A DNA stretch of 64,000 bases. Origin: Octopus vulgaris. Lineage: Eukaryota. Positions 1 to 14,654 of the stretch are shown here, piece after piece. Below the pieces are notes generated by a model, which searched no databases, was not told the origin of the DNA, and saw only the letters and a list, made by a program, of their open reading frames with translations. The first letter of the stretch is position 1. The number at the start of each line of letters is the position of its first letter. The position numbers and the translations under genes are program-made. The stretch lies in the NCBI GenBank assembly GCA_951406725.2, contig OX597834.1, forward strand, positions 45,942,001-46,006,000, in the 5' to 3' direction.

Positions 1-521
1 GGCTCCTTTCCCCAGAAAAGAAAGATTTGGCTGCTATTTCTTGCACACTCTGCTACCATGTAACAACTTGAAGTTCATTTTTTCATGTATTATATATGTA
101 TACACACACACAAACACATACATACATATATATCTGTGTACATATATATATATATATTTATATGTACATATACATATATATATATACATACATATTTATA
201 TATATATATATATACACACGCACACACGCACGCACGCACACACATTCACACACACGCACACACACGTCTTGCTGTGTACACATCAATACTGAGGTGTTTT
301 TTAGTACAGTACAATTGGATCAATATCTAGAAAAGTGATGCTAGCCATTTTTTTCTCTATTGATTGCCTCAGACATTACGACATACACACTTGTTGAACT
401 CTGTTCAGTAGCAAATGTAGTCTGATTTTGTAATCAACCACGTCACAGTCACCATCGTTGCCACCCTCGACATCATCTCCATCGACATAAATCAGTGTCT
501 CTTTTATTATCACTATCAATA

Positions 522-850
522 TGGCGGCGAGCTGGCAGAAACGTTAGCAATGCCGGGCGAAATGCGTAACCGTATTTCGTGTGCCGTTAAGTTCTGAGTT
601 AAAATTCCGCCGAGGTCGACTTTACCTTTCATCCTTTCGGCGTCGATAAATTAAGTACCAGTTACGTACTGGGATCGATGTAATCAACTTCATCCCTGTG
701 TCTGTCCTTGTTTGTCCTCTCTGTGTTTAGCCCATTGTAGGTAGTAAAGAAATAGGTATTTCGTCTGCCGCTACGTTCTGAGTTCAAATTCCGCCGCGGT
801 CGATAAATTAACTCCCCCAAAATGGCTGCCTTTGTGGTAACATTTGCAAC
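522..850 (+). mobile_element. tRNA-derived SINE family A (GGCGGCGAGCTGGCAGAA head), with internal partial duplication
   Basis: A-box-like TGGCAGAAACGTTAGC and B-box-like GAGTTAAAATTCC. Homologous to copies at 4150, 8136, 15432, 28406 and 37106. The segment GTATTTCGTCTGCCG..GAGTTCAAATTCCGCCG recurs at about 756-797. Confidence 0.9.
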
Positions 851-1059
851 CATCTCTCTCTCTCTCTCTATCTCTATCTATCTATCTATCTCTGTTATTC
901 TCTTTCTCTCTCTGTTCCCGCTACAAACACAAAAACACTTTATTAGTAAATGACGTGTCAGTCGAGTATTGGTGTCGATCTGATCAACTATAACATGTGG
1001 CATTGGAGCAAACAGTGCTACATATGACCTTAGAACAATGCCATAATACATACGGAATT

Positions 1060-1241
1060 GTAACTACACCTTTTTCTGTTTCAAAGCCCATAAAAATTAT
1101 TTTTGAGTGGTTTTGTAAGACTGGAGCGGAATGATTATATTTTAGTTAATTTCAATGGGGGACATCGATTTGTAAAACGAGTAAAACGTAAAACGAGCTC
1201 GGTCATAGAATGAATTAAACTCGTTCTGCGAGGTATTACTG
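1060..1241. mobile_element. Tigger/pogo-like DNA transposon right end (MITE remnant)
   Basis: Ends AATTAAACTCGTTCTGCGAGGTATTACTG|TA, resembling pogo/Tigger TIRs (CAGTA.TACCTCG) followed by a TA target site. Left end not found. Confidence 0.5.
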
Positions 1242-1265
1242 TATATGTATATGCATACACACGCA

Positions 1266-1300
<35 letters not shown>

Positions 1301-1317
1301 ATGTGTGTATGTATATA

Positions 1318-1684
1318 TCTCTATATATATAAAGCTGAAGTTGTCTGTGTATGGCAGGTTTGGTAGCCTTCAACTAACACTATCTCCTACGAGACCCTGC
1401 GAGACTATGATAGAAGGCTCCTCCTCCTTCCGTAGAAGAAAAAATTCAAATCGGACCATGTTAAAACCAAAAATTATTTACATCAAAAAGGTGCTTTTTT
1501 CTATGAAAATCCCTATTTCTTACGATTTTTTTGACAGCTGTGTTGCCATTTTTCGGTGTATTTCAACCAGAAAAATGTTCACTTAAAGAGAATAACACGC
1601 TACATAATGGAAAGTTTTTACTTTTCAAAAATTCCAATTCTAAAGGGTCGAAACAAACCCGAGCAACACCGGGCGATACTGCTA

Positions 1685-1685
<1 letters not shown>
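1318..1685 (+). mobile_element. Non-autonomous Helitron
   Basis: A|TC(TC)TATATATATAAAG 5' end, subterminal CCCG-N8-CGGG hairpin (1658-1673), 3' CTAG|T end. Inserted between A and T, no TSD. Confidence 0.8.
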
Positions 1686-1765
<80 letters not shown>

Positions 1766-2618
1766 CATACATATATACATACATACATACATACATACAT
1801 ACATACATACATACATACATACATACATACATACATACATACATACATACATACATACATACATACAAGTATTTTGTTATATTTAAATACTAAAGAAAAA
1901 GATACGTATTTAAGTAACTTTTAATAATGTGTTTTATTACTATCATACTGTAAATATATGTTTCCGACAGACCGGATTCGATTAGTTCTAGTTACAGATT
2001 AATTTTTTTATAAACTCTGCAGTCTTTGGTAACTTTATCGATTTTTGATCCTATCACGATTATTTAATACATATCATGGAACATTGTAATTATTACAAAC
2101 AGATGTATTGGTAGATAAATAATATAAATAGTCATGAAGAAGTAGTAAATTGTTTAGTATAGTTATTCATTTCACTATTTGTGTATTTAGCTACGTTCTC
2201 TGGTTAATTTCATCGCTGTACACTGTGGAGGATATTAAATAATGTAATGATAAGTCTTATTAAAAGACAAACTGTGCTGTGTATTTAATATAACGAATGT
2301 CATTCCAATAACAAGTATTTCGTCAATATATAGTGTTCTGAATGTATGCGCTTTTCTTTCTCTTTTTTTTATATTTTATTGTATGTATGGGTCTGTGTGT
2401 GTGTGTCTGCATATGTTTGTGGATGTGTCTGTATATGTTTATAGTGTCTTGAGCGCAAGATAACTTCGATGAATCGAGAATTTGTCTTCTGTAGAATTTA
2501 ATTTATATTTATTGGTTTATTTTGTGACTTAAATTAAATTTCCCTGGCGACATTTGGTAACTTTCTCTGAGCTTGTCGCGTATGCACACGTTGATGCAGG
2601 CATATTCATGTGTCTGTG

Positions 2619-2687
<69 letters not shown>

Positions 2688-2823
2688 GTATACTCGTTTT
2701 ATATGTATATATGTATATATATATATATAACACTGGTGGCGTGGAGAGGGGAGGCTGGTATGCATGGGTGACTGGGAGAGTAACTTTCTAGGTGCAATCC
2801 CACGGTCAGTCATGACCGAAGGT

Positions 2824-2916
<93 letters not shown>

Positions 2917-3033
2917 GAATGCATCACATGAGCACCTACATCGCTAAAAATGGAAGTCAACATTCTTCTGTACCACAGCATAGTCACAAAGCTAATACAG
3001 GTTTTCATGAGGTGCCATTTTGTCCATATATAG

Positions 3034-3080
<47 letters not shown>

Positions 3081-3129
3081 CGTTTATTGTATATAGATAT
3101 ATATCTATCTACCTATTTATCTATTGATT

Positions 3130-3197
<68 letters not shown>

Positions 3198-3973
3198 CAA
3201 TTTTGTATGGTAGCAGGCTGCTCCTTGCAGAGCTTCACCTCCTTTTCTGCCAATAATTGTTCTTTCTTAGCGTAAGATATTAAACTGACTTTTGAGCGTT
3301 TGAAAGGTGTTTGACAATCTGATCCCATACACTGCAGCAATATCTCATTTCAGTATTGGATCCATTTTCCGCTTATTTCGCATGTTCTAGTTCTACTTCA
3401 ATTTTCCACACGATTGGAGGTTTTTTGACAGATGTTGCATTGAAACTGGTCAGCCAGAATAAAATTTGAATAGTTCATGTACACCTTAAAAACATGCGTT
3501 CGCTAGTATAATGTGAGAGGCATATGTGATATATCTACATTTGCATTAGGAACATTTAAACTAGGAAAGAGAACTTTGCATCGCCATTGATATTAATCTC
3601 GCTTTTACGTAATTTTCTTTTCAATTCCGTGTGTTTGACTCTGTCAAGTTCAACATTGTAGCTCCTCTTGGTGACGCCGAATCGTGGCTCTTTGCGGTTA
3701 CTTATCTCCCGCGAGTGACTCAGGTGTTTTGTAGCATAAAATAACGTTTGTATGTGCATGTGTGCGTGCGTGTATTTGTGTGTAAATACATTATACGTGT
3801 ATTGTTTGTGATTTTTTTAATTATTCAAATCCTTCCACTGAAAAATTCCGCTGGTGTTTCACAAAACTCTATCGTCCGGTTGTAGGTAACAAAAGCAATG
3901 TCACATTTACAAACACGAGGGGAGTCATGCATATTTTTATTTTTACATATACGCACATATGTATGTATGCATG

Positions 3974-4007
<34 letters not shown>

Positions 4008-4149
4008 TGTATGTATGTATGTATGTATGTATGTATGTATGTATGTATGTATGTATGTATGTATGTATGTATGTATGCATGTATGTATGTATGTATGTAT
4101 GCATGTATATATGCATGCATGTATGTATGTATGTATGTATATTATGTGT

Positions 4150-4286
4150 GTGTACGTATTACGTCTGCCGTTACGTTCTGAGTTCAAATTCCGCCGAAGT
4201 CAACTTTGCCTTTCATCCTTCCGGGGTCGATTAAACAAGTACTAGCTATTAATCCCTTTGTCTGTCCTTGTTTATCCCCCTATGGG

Positions 4287-4288
<2 letters not shown>
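4150..4288 (+). mobile_element. SINE family A, 5'-truncated
   Basis: CGTCTGCCGTTACGTTCTGAGTTCAAATTCCGCCGAAGTCAACTTTGCCTTTCATCCTT matches the 522 and 15432 copies. Confidence 0.88.
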
Positions 4289-4335
<47 letters not shown>

Positions 4336-4344
4336 TATACATAT

Positions 4345-4552
4345 AATTGTCACTAAATCTGACTAAGGTGCTAAATACACCTAGATTGCTAAAAATAATA
4401 GCGAAAATGCTCTAATGCTGTAGTTAACGAATGTTTTAGGTCTTATTTCTAGCAATGTAGGTGGTTTTTAATACCCTACTCACATTTAGTAACCATTATT
4501 ATTCTCCATCCTCGTGAAACATTGCAACCTGCCGTTTATATTAATTTTATAC
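4345..4552. repeat. Degenerate fold-back element between (TA)n tracts
   Basis: GGTGCTAAATACACCTAGATTGCTAAAAATAA (about 4367) is an imperfect inverse of TTATTTCTAGCAATGTAGGTGGTTTTTAATACC (about 4443-4475), followed by an unpaired tail. Shares AAAAACCAC..TGCTAGAA with the 19944 element. Confidence 0.55.
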
Positions 4553-5581
4553 ATATATATATTTATTCAGAAACGATTTAGTTGTTACTTTAATATTTGT
4601 TCGTAGTTTTAAACCAACAGAGAACATACGTACATAAAAAAAAAATCAGTTTTCTTGTTGAAGTATCACACAAATGTTTCGTAACTTCAAAAAACTTGTA
4701 ACAAATTTTCCCTCATACACTTACACCTATTCTCAACTTTTCTGGTCTCTGTATTTCTCCATCTGTTTCTACTTTCTCTCTCTTTTGATCTCTCTCTCTC
4801 TCTATCTCTTTATATATCTATTTTCCTTTCATTTTTCCTGCTTCTTTCTCTCTTTTATTTCATATCATACAGACGACATCGATACAAACTGGATTATTCA
4901 ATCAAATGATTTTTTTTTTCTTTTTCCATAAAATCATGTTAGTATTATCACACTAAAAAATACATATATCGATCATTCAACTTCTTGCTGATCGATAATT
5001 CATAAATGTGTGTGAACTGTTGGAGTTTTATTGAATTTTTAACTGACACGATAATAAAGAAATAAATAAACCCGAAGAAAACTTTTTACGAACTCTTGTA
5101 TGTGTATGTGTGAGTGCGCGCACATGTGTATGTGTTTGTGTGTGTATAGGTATATGTGTTTTCTATGTATGCGTAAATGTGTTTTCTGTGTATGCGTTTG
5201 TTTTTTTAATATATTTTTTACTATTGCAAGATTTTCTTTCAAAAGTATTTAAAGAATCATTAAACTGCTTTCCATTTGCAATGACAGCACTCTCCCCCTC
5301 TCTGTCCGCACATATTTTACACACTTTCTTTCTTTATATATTTCATTCTTACTCTCTCTCTCTGTGTCTCATTCTTACTCTCTTTCTCTCACACATACTC
5401 TCTCTCTTTCTCTTTCTCTCATACACATACAGATTCGCTCTCCCTCAATATAGACATATGTATGTATACATACCAGGATACATAATCACGGAAGCTCACA
5501 CACATATACATGCACACACACACACATATATATATAAATGTATATATATGCATAAATATATATATATATGTCTAAAGATAT

Positions 5582-5631
<50 letters not shown>

Positions 5632-5793
5632 ATATATAAATGCATACATATATGTATATATGTGTGTGTGTATGTATGTGTGAATGATAAATAAAAATAA
5701 AGGTAAATTGATTCATAGATAGATAGATATACTTTATATTTAAACATAGAAACGCACACACATGCACAGGCACAGGCACACATACGTATAAAC

Positions 5794-5851
<58 letters not shown>

Positions 5852-5886
5852 GTATGCATATATATATGTATATATATATATACATT

Positions 5887-5968
<82 letters not shown>

Positions 5969-6380
5969 TCAACTATGCCCAACATTTGTTCATGTAAATC
6001 AAAAAGCAGTTGAGGCGATGACAAGCCATCAAGCTCATACGGCGAAGAAATAAACGGCAAGCGCCAATTTCTGGTGCATGGTATGAAGGAAATACGTGTG
6101 CCTAACACCGTCTCGTAGCATACATTTTATTATACCGTATTCTATTTCGAGAAGTCTCTCAACAGGCGTTGTTACCATTAGAATAAACGTATCTGTCACG
6201 TCGGAAGACATAAATCGACCCGTCTGGGGTTGACAAAAGTAACGAAACCAAGACACTCTAGCATGTAACTGAAGGCATACCCGTATATCTGTGCCTGTGG
6301 GTTTGTTCATGATCGTATATCTAGATATACTTGTGCTACCTTATCTATGTCCTGCCTATATGGCAAATTTAAGGAATAAA

Positions 6381-6706
6381 AGTAGCTTGCTTACCAACCA
6401 CATTGTTCCGGGTAAAGTCCCACTGCGTGGTATCTTGGGCAAGAGTCTTCTACTATAGCCTCGGGCCGACTAAAGCCTTGTGAGTGGATTTGGTAGACGG
6501 AAACTGAAAGAAGCCCGTCGTATATATGTATATGTACATATATATGTGTGTGTGTACGTGTGTTTGTCCCCGTAACTTAGCGGTTCGGCAAAAGAAACCG
6601 ATAGAATAAGTACTAGGCTTACAAAGAATAAGTCCTGGGGTCTGTTTGCTCGACTAAAGGCGGTGCTCCAGGATGGCCGCAGTGAAATGACTGAAACGAG
6701 TAAGAG
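6381..6706 (+). mobile_element. tRNA-derived SINE family B (GTAAGTAGCTTGCTTACCAACCAC...GCATGGCCGCAGT..TGACTGAAAC)
   Basis: Near-complete copy with internal (TA)/(TG) tract; more than 10 homologous copies in the window. Confidence 0.9.
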
Positions 6707-8135
6707 TTAAAGCCGGCGGAATTTGAACCGAGAAGGTGAGTATCCCGGTGAGATAAGGCAAAGCACTTTTTCCAACGCTCAAATGGATTTGACACCAAGA
6801 AAATAAATAATAAGAGTTAATGACTTTTAAATATGTATACGGTTTATTAGGGTTTTTTTTTTTGCAACTCCCTCCGACAAGAGTGTGTTTGTGTGAGTTT
6901 TAGTTTGTTTTTGTTTTGTTTTGATTTACTTTGGTGTTATCAGCGAAGTGCATTCACTCTGCAGCTTGGTGAAGTATTAATATAGAACGAACGTGCCGTA
7001 CACATACCGACATTGAATCTATGTTGGAATGAAAAATATAGAAAATTCTTGCAAAATTAAATAGTTTGCAAACGCTACTGGCATGAAAGCCAATATGCCA
7101 GGTCAATGGATTTTAGCAGGTTTAGTGCATGGCGAATAGTAACGCTTTAGAATAGAAATAGAAATATGGAGTGAACAAAACAATATTTCATACGAACCAA
7201 ATCGATGCATCCTAAGACAGAAGCAGATCCGCAAATGAGCCGATTGCGTGTTGTTGGATAGAATGAATGAGCAACAATAGCGAAACATGTTGCTTAACTG
7301 TGATTAGTTCAGTCCGGAAAAACGTGAAATGGCCATCATAAAACTAATTTCGGAGTTAATTAGATTATGTATTTTTCAGAGATAACTAAAAGATTCCATA
7401 GGCTCAGACATAGCCGATCGGATGTGTTTTTCGCTTTGGTATCACGTATTCACGAGTTCGTTTCCCATTGCATTTAATAGAATATCCCCTTTTATTAGTC
7501 GGTCAAAATCAAAATCCCTTAAAATTATTTCGTAAACTTCTTATACATTCTGAATTTAAAAGCTGCAAAGATCGAATCCCACATTGATATTCTAGAGTGA
7601 CAGAGTGTCGATAATTCCTTCAAACTTCGGTGCAAGCTAACAGTTTTGAAGGGAGAAGAAATCGATTACACCCACTTAGATACACGCTCACAGACACACA
7701 CACTCACACATATATACTCTCATAATTAATTAGATAATGGTTTTATAACACCAAAGATCCACTTCTCATTGTTATTTATTTTTCCATTTTCTTATCGTCT
7801 CTCTCTCTATATATATATATATACTATTTTATATTATATTATATCATACCAATCCTCAACTGGAAATTATTTCATTGACGTTTACGATATTTGGACTGGG
7901 AACATGAAGCTGAAGGAAAAGCCGCAAAGCATTTCGTCTGATGTTTCTCACGATTCTGTCCGTTCGCCGCTTAATGGCGTTTTGGGTAAGAAATAGTTAG
8001 ATTTTGGGGTTCGATTTCATCAACAACATCATTCGTTAGTTAATGAGGTTATATGAATATATTTTAAAAAACGCATAAAATTCAAGTCCCTTTTCGTGAA
8101 ACATCGATTTTTATAATGGTTTCAAATTTTGGCCC

Positions 8136-8250
8136 TTATTTTATCAACCCCGAAAGGATGAAATGCAAGGTCAACCTCGGTGAAACTTGAACTCAGAACG
8201 TAAAGACGGACGAAATATCGCTAAGTATTTTGCCCAGCGTGCTGACGATT
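8136..8250 (-). mobile_element. SINE family A fragment
   Basis: Reverse complement of the family A head and body (CCCCGAAAGGATGAAA..GGTCAACCTCGG..TTGAACTCAGAACGTAA). Confidence 0.85.
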
Positions 8251-9009
8251 GAGACTTAGGGACTTTTGATAATAAAATATCTTTGAATCGGGTTCGATTC
8301 CAACCTACTTTAAACTGACCTTAGTTCTCTCGTAGAATTTCCTCTATTTTTGAGTTATGTAAATAAAATCTTTGCATCAAAATTGCATTTAATTTGTTTC
8401 TCTATATACCAGGCTAATTACCGTGTGGCTTTATGACTACGTTAAAGAAACATAACTATTCTATGAGTCATTGCGTTTTAATAATGAAATATAAACGTAG
8501 GGGGGGGCCAGCGTTCGATATAAGTCTGCATGAAACCGATCCCAGTTTTATAATGGAAGTTCCCTATGTAATAAAATCCTTCCCTATTAATTTATGTTCC
8601 ATGCATCAACTTGCTAACCAGCTTTATGACTGCAATAAAGAAAAGCCCGAAATTCGTGGCTTTTTCAAGAGCATGGTCAAAATTGAAATATTCACTAAAC
8701 GATGTAATGTCTTCAGTCAGCACAGCTTCGTTTAGCACCAGGCGCCATATTTATTAGGGAGAAACCAGATCGACCGATTGCAGCCCGATCATATTTTGAA
8801 GACCACGTGGGGAGAGAGAGCCGTTCAAGTGTCAATACATGTATAAGGTCATTATCGGAGTAGAAATAATTAGATTCATTCATATTGTAAGGACAATACC
8901 CGCAGAAACTCATTCAATAAACGTCTTTGTCTCTAAATCTCAGTAAGTAGATATCCAATCAAAACAGCTGGCTTCATCTCAAATGTTTTCATCCACTAAA
9001 GGTCAACAT

Positions 9010-9144
9010 AGGTGTAGGAGCGGCTATGTGGTAAGTAGCTTGCTTACAAACCACATGATTCCGGGTTCAGTCCCACTGCGTGCCAACTTGTGAGTAGATT
9101 TGGTAGACGGAAACTGAAAGAAGCCCGTCATACATATATATATG

Positions 9145-9188
<44 letters not shown>

Positions 9189-9288
9189 GTCCCCCAACAT
9201 CGCTTGACAACCGATGCTGGTGTGTTTATGTCCCCGTAATTTTAGCGGTTCAGCAAAAGAGACCGATAGAACAAGTACTAGGCTGACA
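9010..9288 (+). mobile_element. SINE family B
   Basis: GGCTATGTGGTAAGTAGCTTGCTTAC..CCGGGTTCAGTCCCACTGCGTG..GACCGATAGAACAAGTACTAGGCT. Confidence 0.9.
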
Positions 9289-9831
9289 AACGGATGCGTT
9301 TCACATTGCGCCCCATAAATATGTGATCGCCATTGGTTTGATAGTCTACAATTTCAAAATTGTCTCGCAATAATATCAAGGTAATTGAGTGGTCTTCGAT
9401 TAATACTCGTGTTCCTAAGCTACAGCTCGGGTTTCGGTATATTGGCAATGGTCGACAAAATCTACTCTGCTGGCAGCAACAGTATGACAGGCAGATTGAA
9501 TGCGTGCGTACATATCTCCAAGGAAATCTTGAAACTCATAAAAGAAATTAACTGAAACTCCTATGTAAAGCAATCTATAAATTGAACAGTCATCAAAATA
9601 ACAAAAACAATAATAATACTTATAATGATAATAATACTAATAATAATAACAATAAGAATAATGATGATAATAATAATAATAATAATGATATTAATAATAA
9701 TAATAATATAAACTGAACGAGTGCTTAATTAATTGGTGGAAAATAGAATATATGTCATTCATTACCATCTCGTGAAAGTACTTCTCCCCCTCTTTCTGTC
9801 TCTCATTTGCATATATACGTACATATCGTAC

Positions 9832-9868
<37 letters not shown>

Positions 9869-9944
9869 AATACATATACATATATATATATATATATATA
9901 TATGAATATATATATATATATGACATGTATGTGTATACATCTAT

Positions 9945-9999
<55 letters not shown>

Positions 10000-10241
10000 G
10001 TATGCATGTATGTATACATATATCATAAAACTCTCCCTATCTCAGAATCTCCTTCTCCATAAGCTCTATGTCTACATATCCTCATCTTTTGTCTCCTCTT
10101 CTCAATTCCATCCTCTTCTCTCTCTCCACCTTTCTGCCTCCCCCTACCCACTTTCTCCCTCGCTTGTTTATGTCTTTCTATCTCATCACCCCTCTACCTT
10201 CCCCTCCCAACTTCATTCCTTACCAACAGTAATTCATACGT

Positions 10242-10290
<49 letters not shown>

Positions 10291-10820
10291 TATAAGACAA
10301 AAAACATCATTATCTAAGCGACTGGACCAGTCATTAAGTTAATCTTAATTAAAGAATAAAACTAGAAAGAACATATGCACTGTCTACTGCTGTTGTTGTG
10401 GTTGTGGTTGTTGTTGTTGCTGTTGTGGTTGTTGTTGTTGCTGTTGTGGTTGTTGTTGTTGTTGTTTTGGTATTCGATATTCTCATGGTTATTGTTGTTA
10501 TTGTTATTGTTGTAGATGTCGCTGTTGTATCCGGTTATAATTGTTGTTGTAGCTGTTGTTATTAATTTTGTAATTGTTATCGCTATTCTATTTTTTGTTT
10601 TTGTAGTTTTTTTTCTTGCTTTTGCTGTTCTTACGCATTCTCTTATGGATGATGTTGTTCTTCTTCTTGCTGCTGTTATTGATGTTCTTCTTGCACACAT
10701 TATTTTTATTTTCTTTGTATTTTTGAGGTTTTTCGAAACTACTTTTTATGTAATTATATTCCACGTGCTTCAACAGCAGCAGCAACAGCAGCAGCAACAG
10801 CAGCAGTTGCAGACCTAGCA

Positions 10821-10891
<71 letters not shown>

Positions 10892-10937
10892 GTTGTTGAC
10901 AGTTGTTGTTGTTGTTGTTGTAGTAATTGTAGTATTG

Positions 10938-11020
<83 letters not shown>

Positions 11021-11264
11021 CGTTGCTGTGCGGTGATGAAGATTATGGTGGTGGAGGTGTTAGAGATGGTGTTGGTGGCGTTGATGCTGGTGGCAGTGGT
11101 GGTAGCGGTAGTGGTGGTGGTGGTGATGGTGTGTAGTTTTGTGAAGGAGGTGGTAGTTAATGGTTTTAAATGTCAGGTGAAATCATTTGAAAGAAAATTC
11201 ATGATTGAAGCTCTGTTTATCTAATATATATGCATGATATTATGTCTGCGTGTGATAAACACAT

Positions 11265-11307
<43 letters not shown>

Positions 11308-11324
11308 AATACATGTACATACAT

Positions 11325-11402
<78 letters not shown>

Positions 11403-11536
11403 ACGTATATATATTTATATATGCATACATGTATACATACATACATACATATATAATATATATATATATAAACATAACAAATGCACATATATCTACATGT
11501 ATATATAAATATTTATATATGGTATGTATATATATG

Positions 11537-11567
<31 letters not shown>

Positions 11568-11582
11568 GTTTGTGTGTATGTA

Positions 11583-11645
<63 letters not shown>

Positions 11646-11667
11646 GTTTATGCATACTGTAGTAATG

Positions 11668-11719
11668 ATAGAGTAACTGACGATACACTCCGTCTACGAA
11701 GCCGACAATTACTCTCGTC
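11668..11719 (+). ncRNA. Decayed hammerhead ribozyme-like motif
   Basis: AGAGTAA-CTGACGA-TACAC tcc GTCTA-C-GAAG-CCGACAA-TTACTCT. Perfect 7-bp helix I around the core, but GAAA and the cleavage triplet are mutated. Confidence 0.45.
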
Positions 11720-11991
11720 TAATTATATGTTTCCACACAAAAATACTGATTAACAACCATTTCGAACAATTTAATGTGTCTAGTTGATGATGGAGATTAC
11801 AACATACACACACATGCTCACACATAACACACACACACATACACACACACACGCAAACGTATATACGCACACACACACACGTAGACATACACATGCGAAA
11901 TCCAACATACAAACGCACGTCCATACACTGCGACACAGCCACTTACAGACGCATTATTAATACGCGTAAATACCTAAGTACACATCGCTTC

Positions 11992-12043
<52 letters not shown>

Positions 12044-12189
12044 TAAATCTTGACATCGTATATATATATTGATATACATATACATATAAATATATGTATG
12101 TATGTATGTATGTATTTGTGTGTAGTTAGACCGGTGGATTTGTAAAATGATAATTCCTTTGAGTAAGGAATTGTATAGAAGTCGTCATG

Positions 12190-12360
12190 TGGAGTGTACC
12201 TGCGACTGAAACCGCGCTGCTTCTAACACACTGTGCCTAGCTGATCGTAGCTTCAGGTATCTTTGGAGAACTCAGCCGGTTACACGTTAAATCAAGAGCA
12301 GGAAATTGACTTGATCGAACAGCTTCATCCCCATCGTCGAATGATGGTCTTCGACGACCA
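12190..12360 (+). mobile_element. Old SINE 3' body, probably family C
   Basis: GGAGAACTCAGCCGGTTACACGTTAAATCAAGAGCAGG..TTGATCGAACAGCT. A related inverse piece lies at about 39410-39450. Confidence 0.4.
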
Positions 12361-13235
12361 TATTTAATGATGTTTAAAAATTACTATCGCTAGCTTTTCT
12401 TTCCCAAACGATTAAAGTTTTTTTCTTCTTTTCTGTTGTCACTGATTTGGTGAAGAAAACTCTTTGCGTTCGAAAACATTTGCCATTTTTCTACAAAAAT
12501 TTTGATCTGTTTTTTAAGTAATCAGAGTTTTGCCTCTGAATCTCTTCGTGTCAAAGCACTTCTTAGTTTGATCTGCTAGCAAATGTTTCAAACATAGGTA
12601 CAAACACACACACACATGCACACACACACATACACACACATACACACACACACTCATATATATATATATCATTGGTCATCCTGGTGATATATTACAAAAC
12701 ACATCTTTTGCACGGTTGAAGTTGCAGTGTAGTGGGAAAGAAGACGTAACTACACAGCCGTACCTGGGTGTGCATACAGGAATATACAACCATGAAGAAA
12801 CTTACCACCGAAACGTTCCGAAAGTATGGATGGTCACACACAATCAGTGACATGCACTCTATATGCCGATGCATTAACCTGAGAATCTCTTTTTTTCTTT
12901 TTGAGGTGTTTCATCAATGTAAACATGGAAAGAAGGAATATGGAGGAAATTTATGCGAATACGAAATGCGTGGAATGGTAATGAGAACAGATCCGTGAAA
13001 GGGGAATATAATACAAAACCAAAAATGAACACAAGACAGAGATTTAGTAGGAGTTTGATAGTTAAGCATGGACTGACACGCAGCGAAGATAGCTGAGTAC
13101 ACTCCTTCGACGATGTGTCTCTCACTGTCTCTCTCACGTTCTCTCCCCCTCTTTCTCATTCTATATCTATGTATCTATGTATCTTCCTATTTACATAGAT
13201 CTTGATGTAAGTTGTGTGTGTTTGTGTGTATATAT

Positions 13236-13308
<73 letters not shown>

Positions 13309-13323
13309 CATAAATATATACAC

Positions 13324-13532
13324 ACAAAATTTAGGGATTTACCACTAAAAGTGGACAGCCTGTATGCTAGATATAGACGTGGCGTCTATATCTAGCATAC
13401 AGGCTGTCCACTTTTAATGGTTAGTCATCTAAATTTTGTATGTAAAAAAATTTTTAATCTTCGGATTTTTTTTTATATGCTAGGCCACTGGTTTTAATTG
13501 ATTAATATCAATTTCTACCCTTATTTAATTTT
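13324..13532. repeat. Fold-back palindrome plus one-sided tail in (TA)n (putative Penelope-like end with 5' inversion)
   Basis: 34-bp perfect stem 13346-13379/13383-13416, loop TGG, imperfect extension to 13324/13439. Tail 13440-13532 is homologous to the tail of the 19944 element. Confidence 0.9.
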
Positions 13533-13792
13533 ATATATATATATATACACACACACACGGGTTGGGTTGGGCAGACAGAGAAACAGATTCAGACAGACAC
13601 ACAGACACACAGACTGATAGATAGAAAAATAGATAGATGCGTGTGTAATTATGGACTCAATTAACCCGACAAAACTTCGCACTAATGTACAGTGTCTATA
13701 CACGTATAACCATATGATATAGACATACATGCGTGGTTGTATGAGTTATGTGTGTTTGTCTGTGTGTTTGTGTGTGTGTTTGTGTGTGTGTT

Positions 13793-13838
<46 letters not shown>

Positions 13839-14062
13839 TGTGTGTGTGTGTGTAAATAGCCTGAAGGATTCACAAACAAGCTCACTGCGCCAATTTACCT
13901 TTAAATTTAACCAAACATTATTATAATAAACATGCGATTTACATTCCGAATAACCAACCTCCGCATTTATACACGCTGTCTTTGGTAAACACATGGATCC
14001 TCATACACAGACGGACATATTTCCATTTATAACACACACATACATACATATACATACATATG

Positions 14063-14101
<39 letters not shown>

Positions 14102-14186
14102 TTATGTATATTTTTATGCATATTTATGTATATATACATGTTTATATATATGTATACATATATATATATATACATATATATATACA

Positions 14187-14219
<33 letters not shown>

Positions 14220-14654
14220 TCTTACACGCACAGAATCTGGAGTCTATATATTATCAAGTCATATTCCACGCAAACACACTTGTGCACTTAAAAGCACCCC
14301 CATCTTACATGCAAACACATAACTTCTCCTTCTTTTTACTTTGTTGCTCCAATCATTTCTATATTTCATCTTTAGATCTGCAGTCATCTATTATGAACCC
14401 ATAACAAATCGATTATCCATCAGTTCCACACACTTTCAATGGCAATTCAGAATCTATTGAATTAAGGAAGTCTTGGAATCACGAAAGCCATCTTGGATTC
14501 GGTACAAACTAATATCACGGATGATGTAAACTCTATCGTATGTTGAGGGTTATTCGGGTCACTCATGTTTGATAACATAGAAATGAAGTCCACAAATATA
14601 CTGTAGTCTCACAGTAAGTCTCACCGATTGCACTAAGGTGCTGCGGTGACGCTC

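Noticed and set aside
522-620. tRNA gene-like A/B boxes at SINE heads
   Set aside because: These are SINE promoters; no cloverleaf or acceptor stem, so no tRNA gene is called.
3230-3460. Minus-strand FQCNICQKTSNRVEN, C2H2-like start
   Set aside because: Followed by a stop, no histidine pair, single unit.
10362-10824. Poly-Q/poly-N/poly-L ORFs
   Set aside because: Trinucleotide repeat cluster with no splice or domain support.
12760-12950. Possible mariner transposase remnant (FRKYGW...FFLF..HGK)
   Set aside because: The diagnostic HPPYSPDL motif is not recoverable; too weak to call.
14330-14600. Possible hAT/GTF2IRD2-like transposase remnant (FQDFLNSIDSE, minus strand)
   Set aside because: Only one short motif; surrounding frames are broken.
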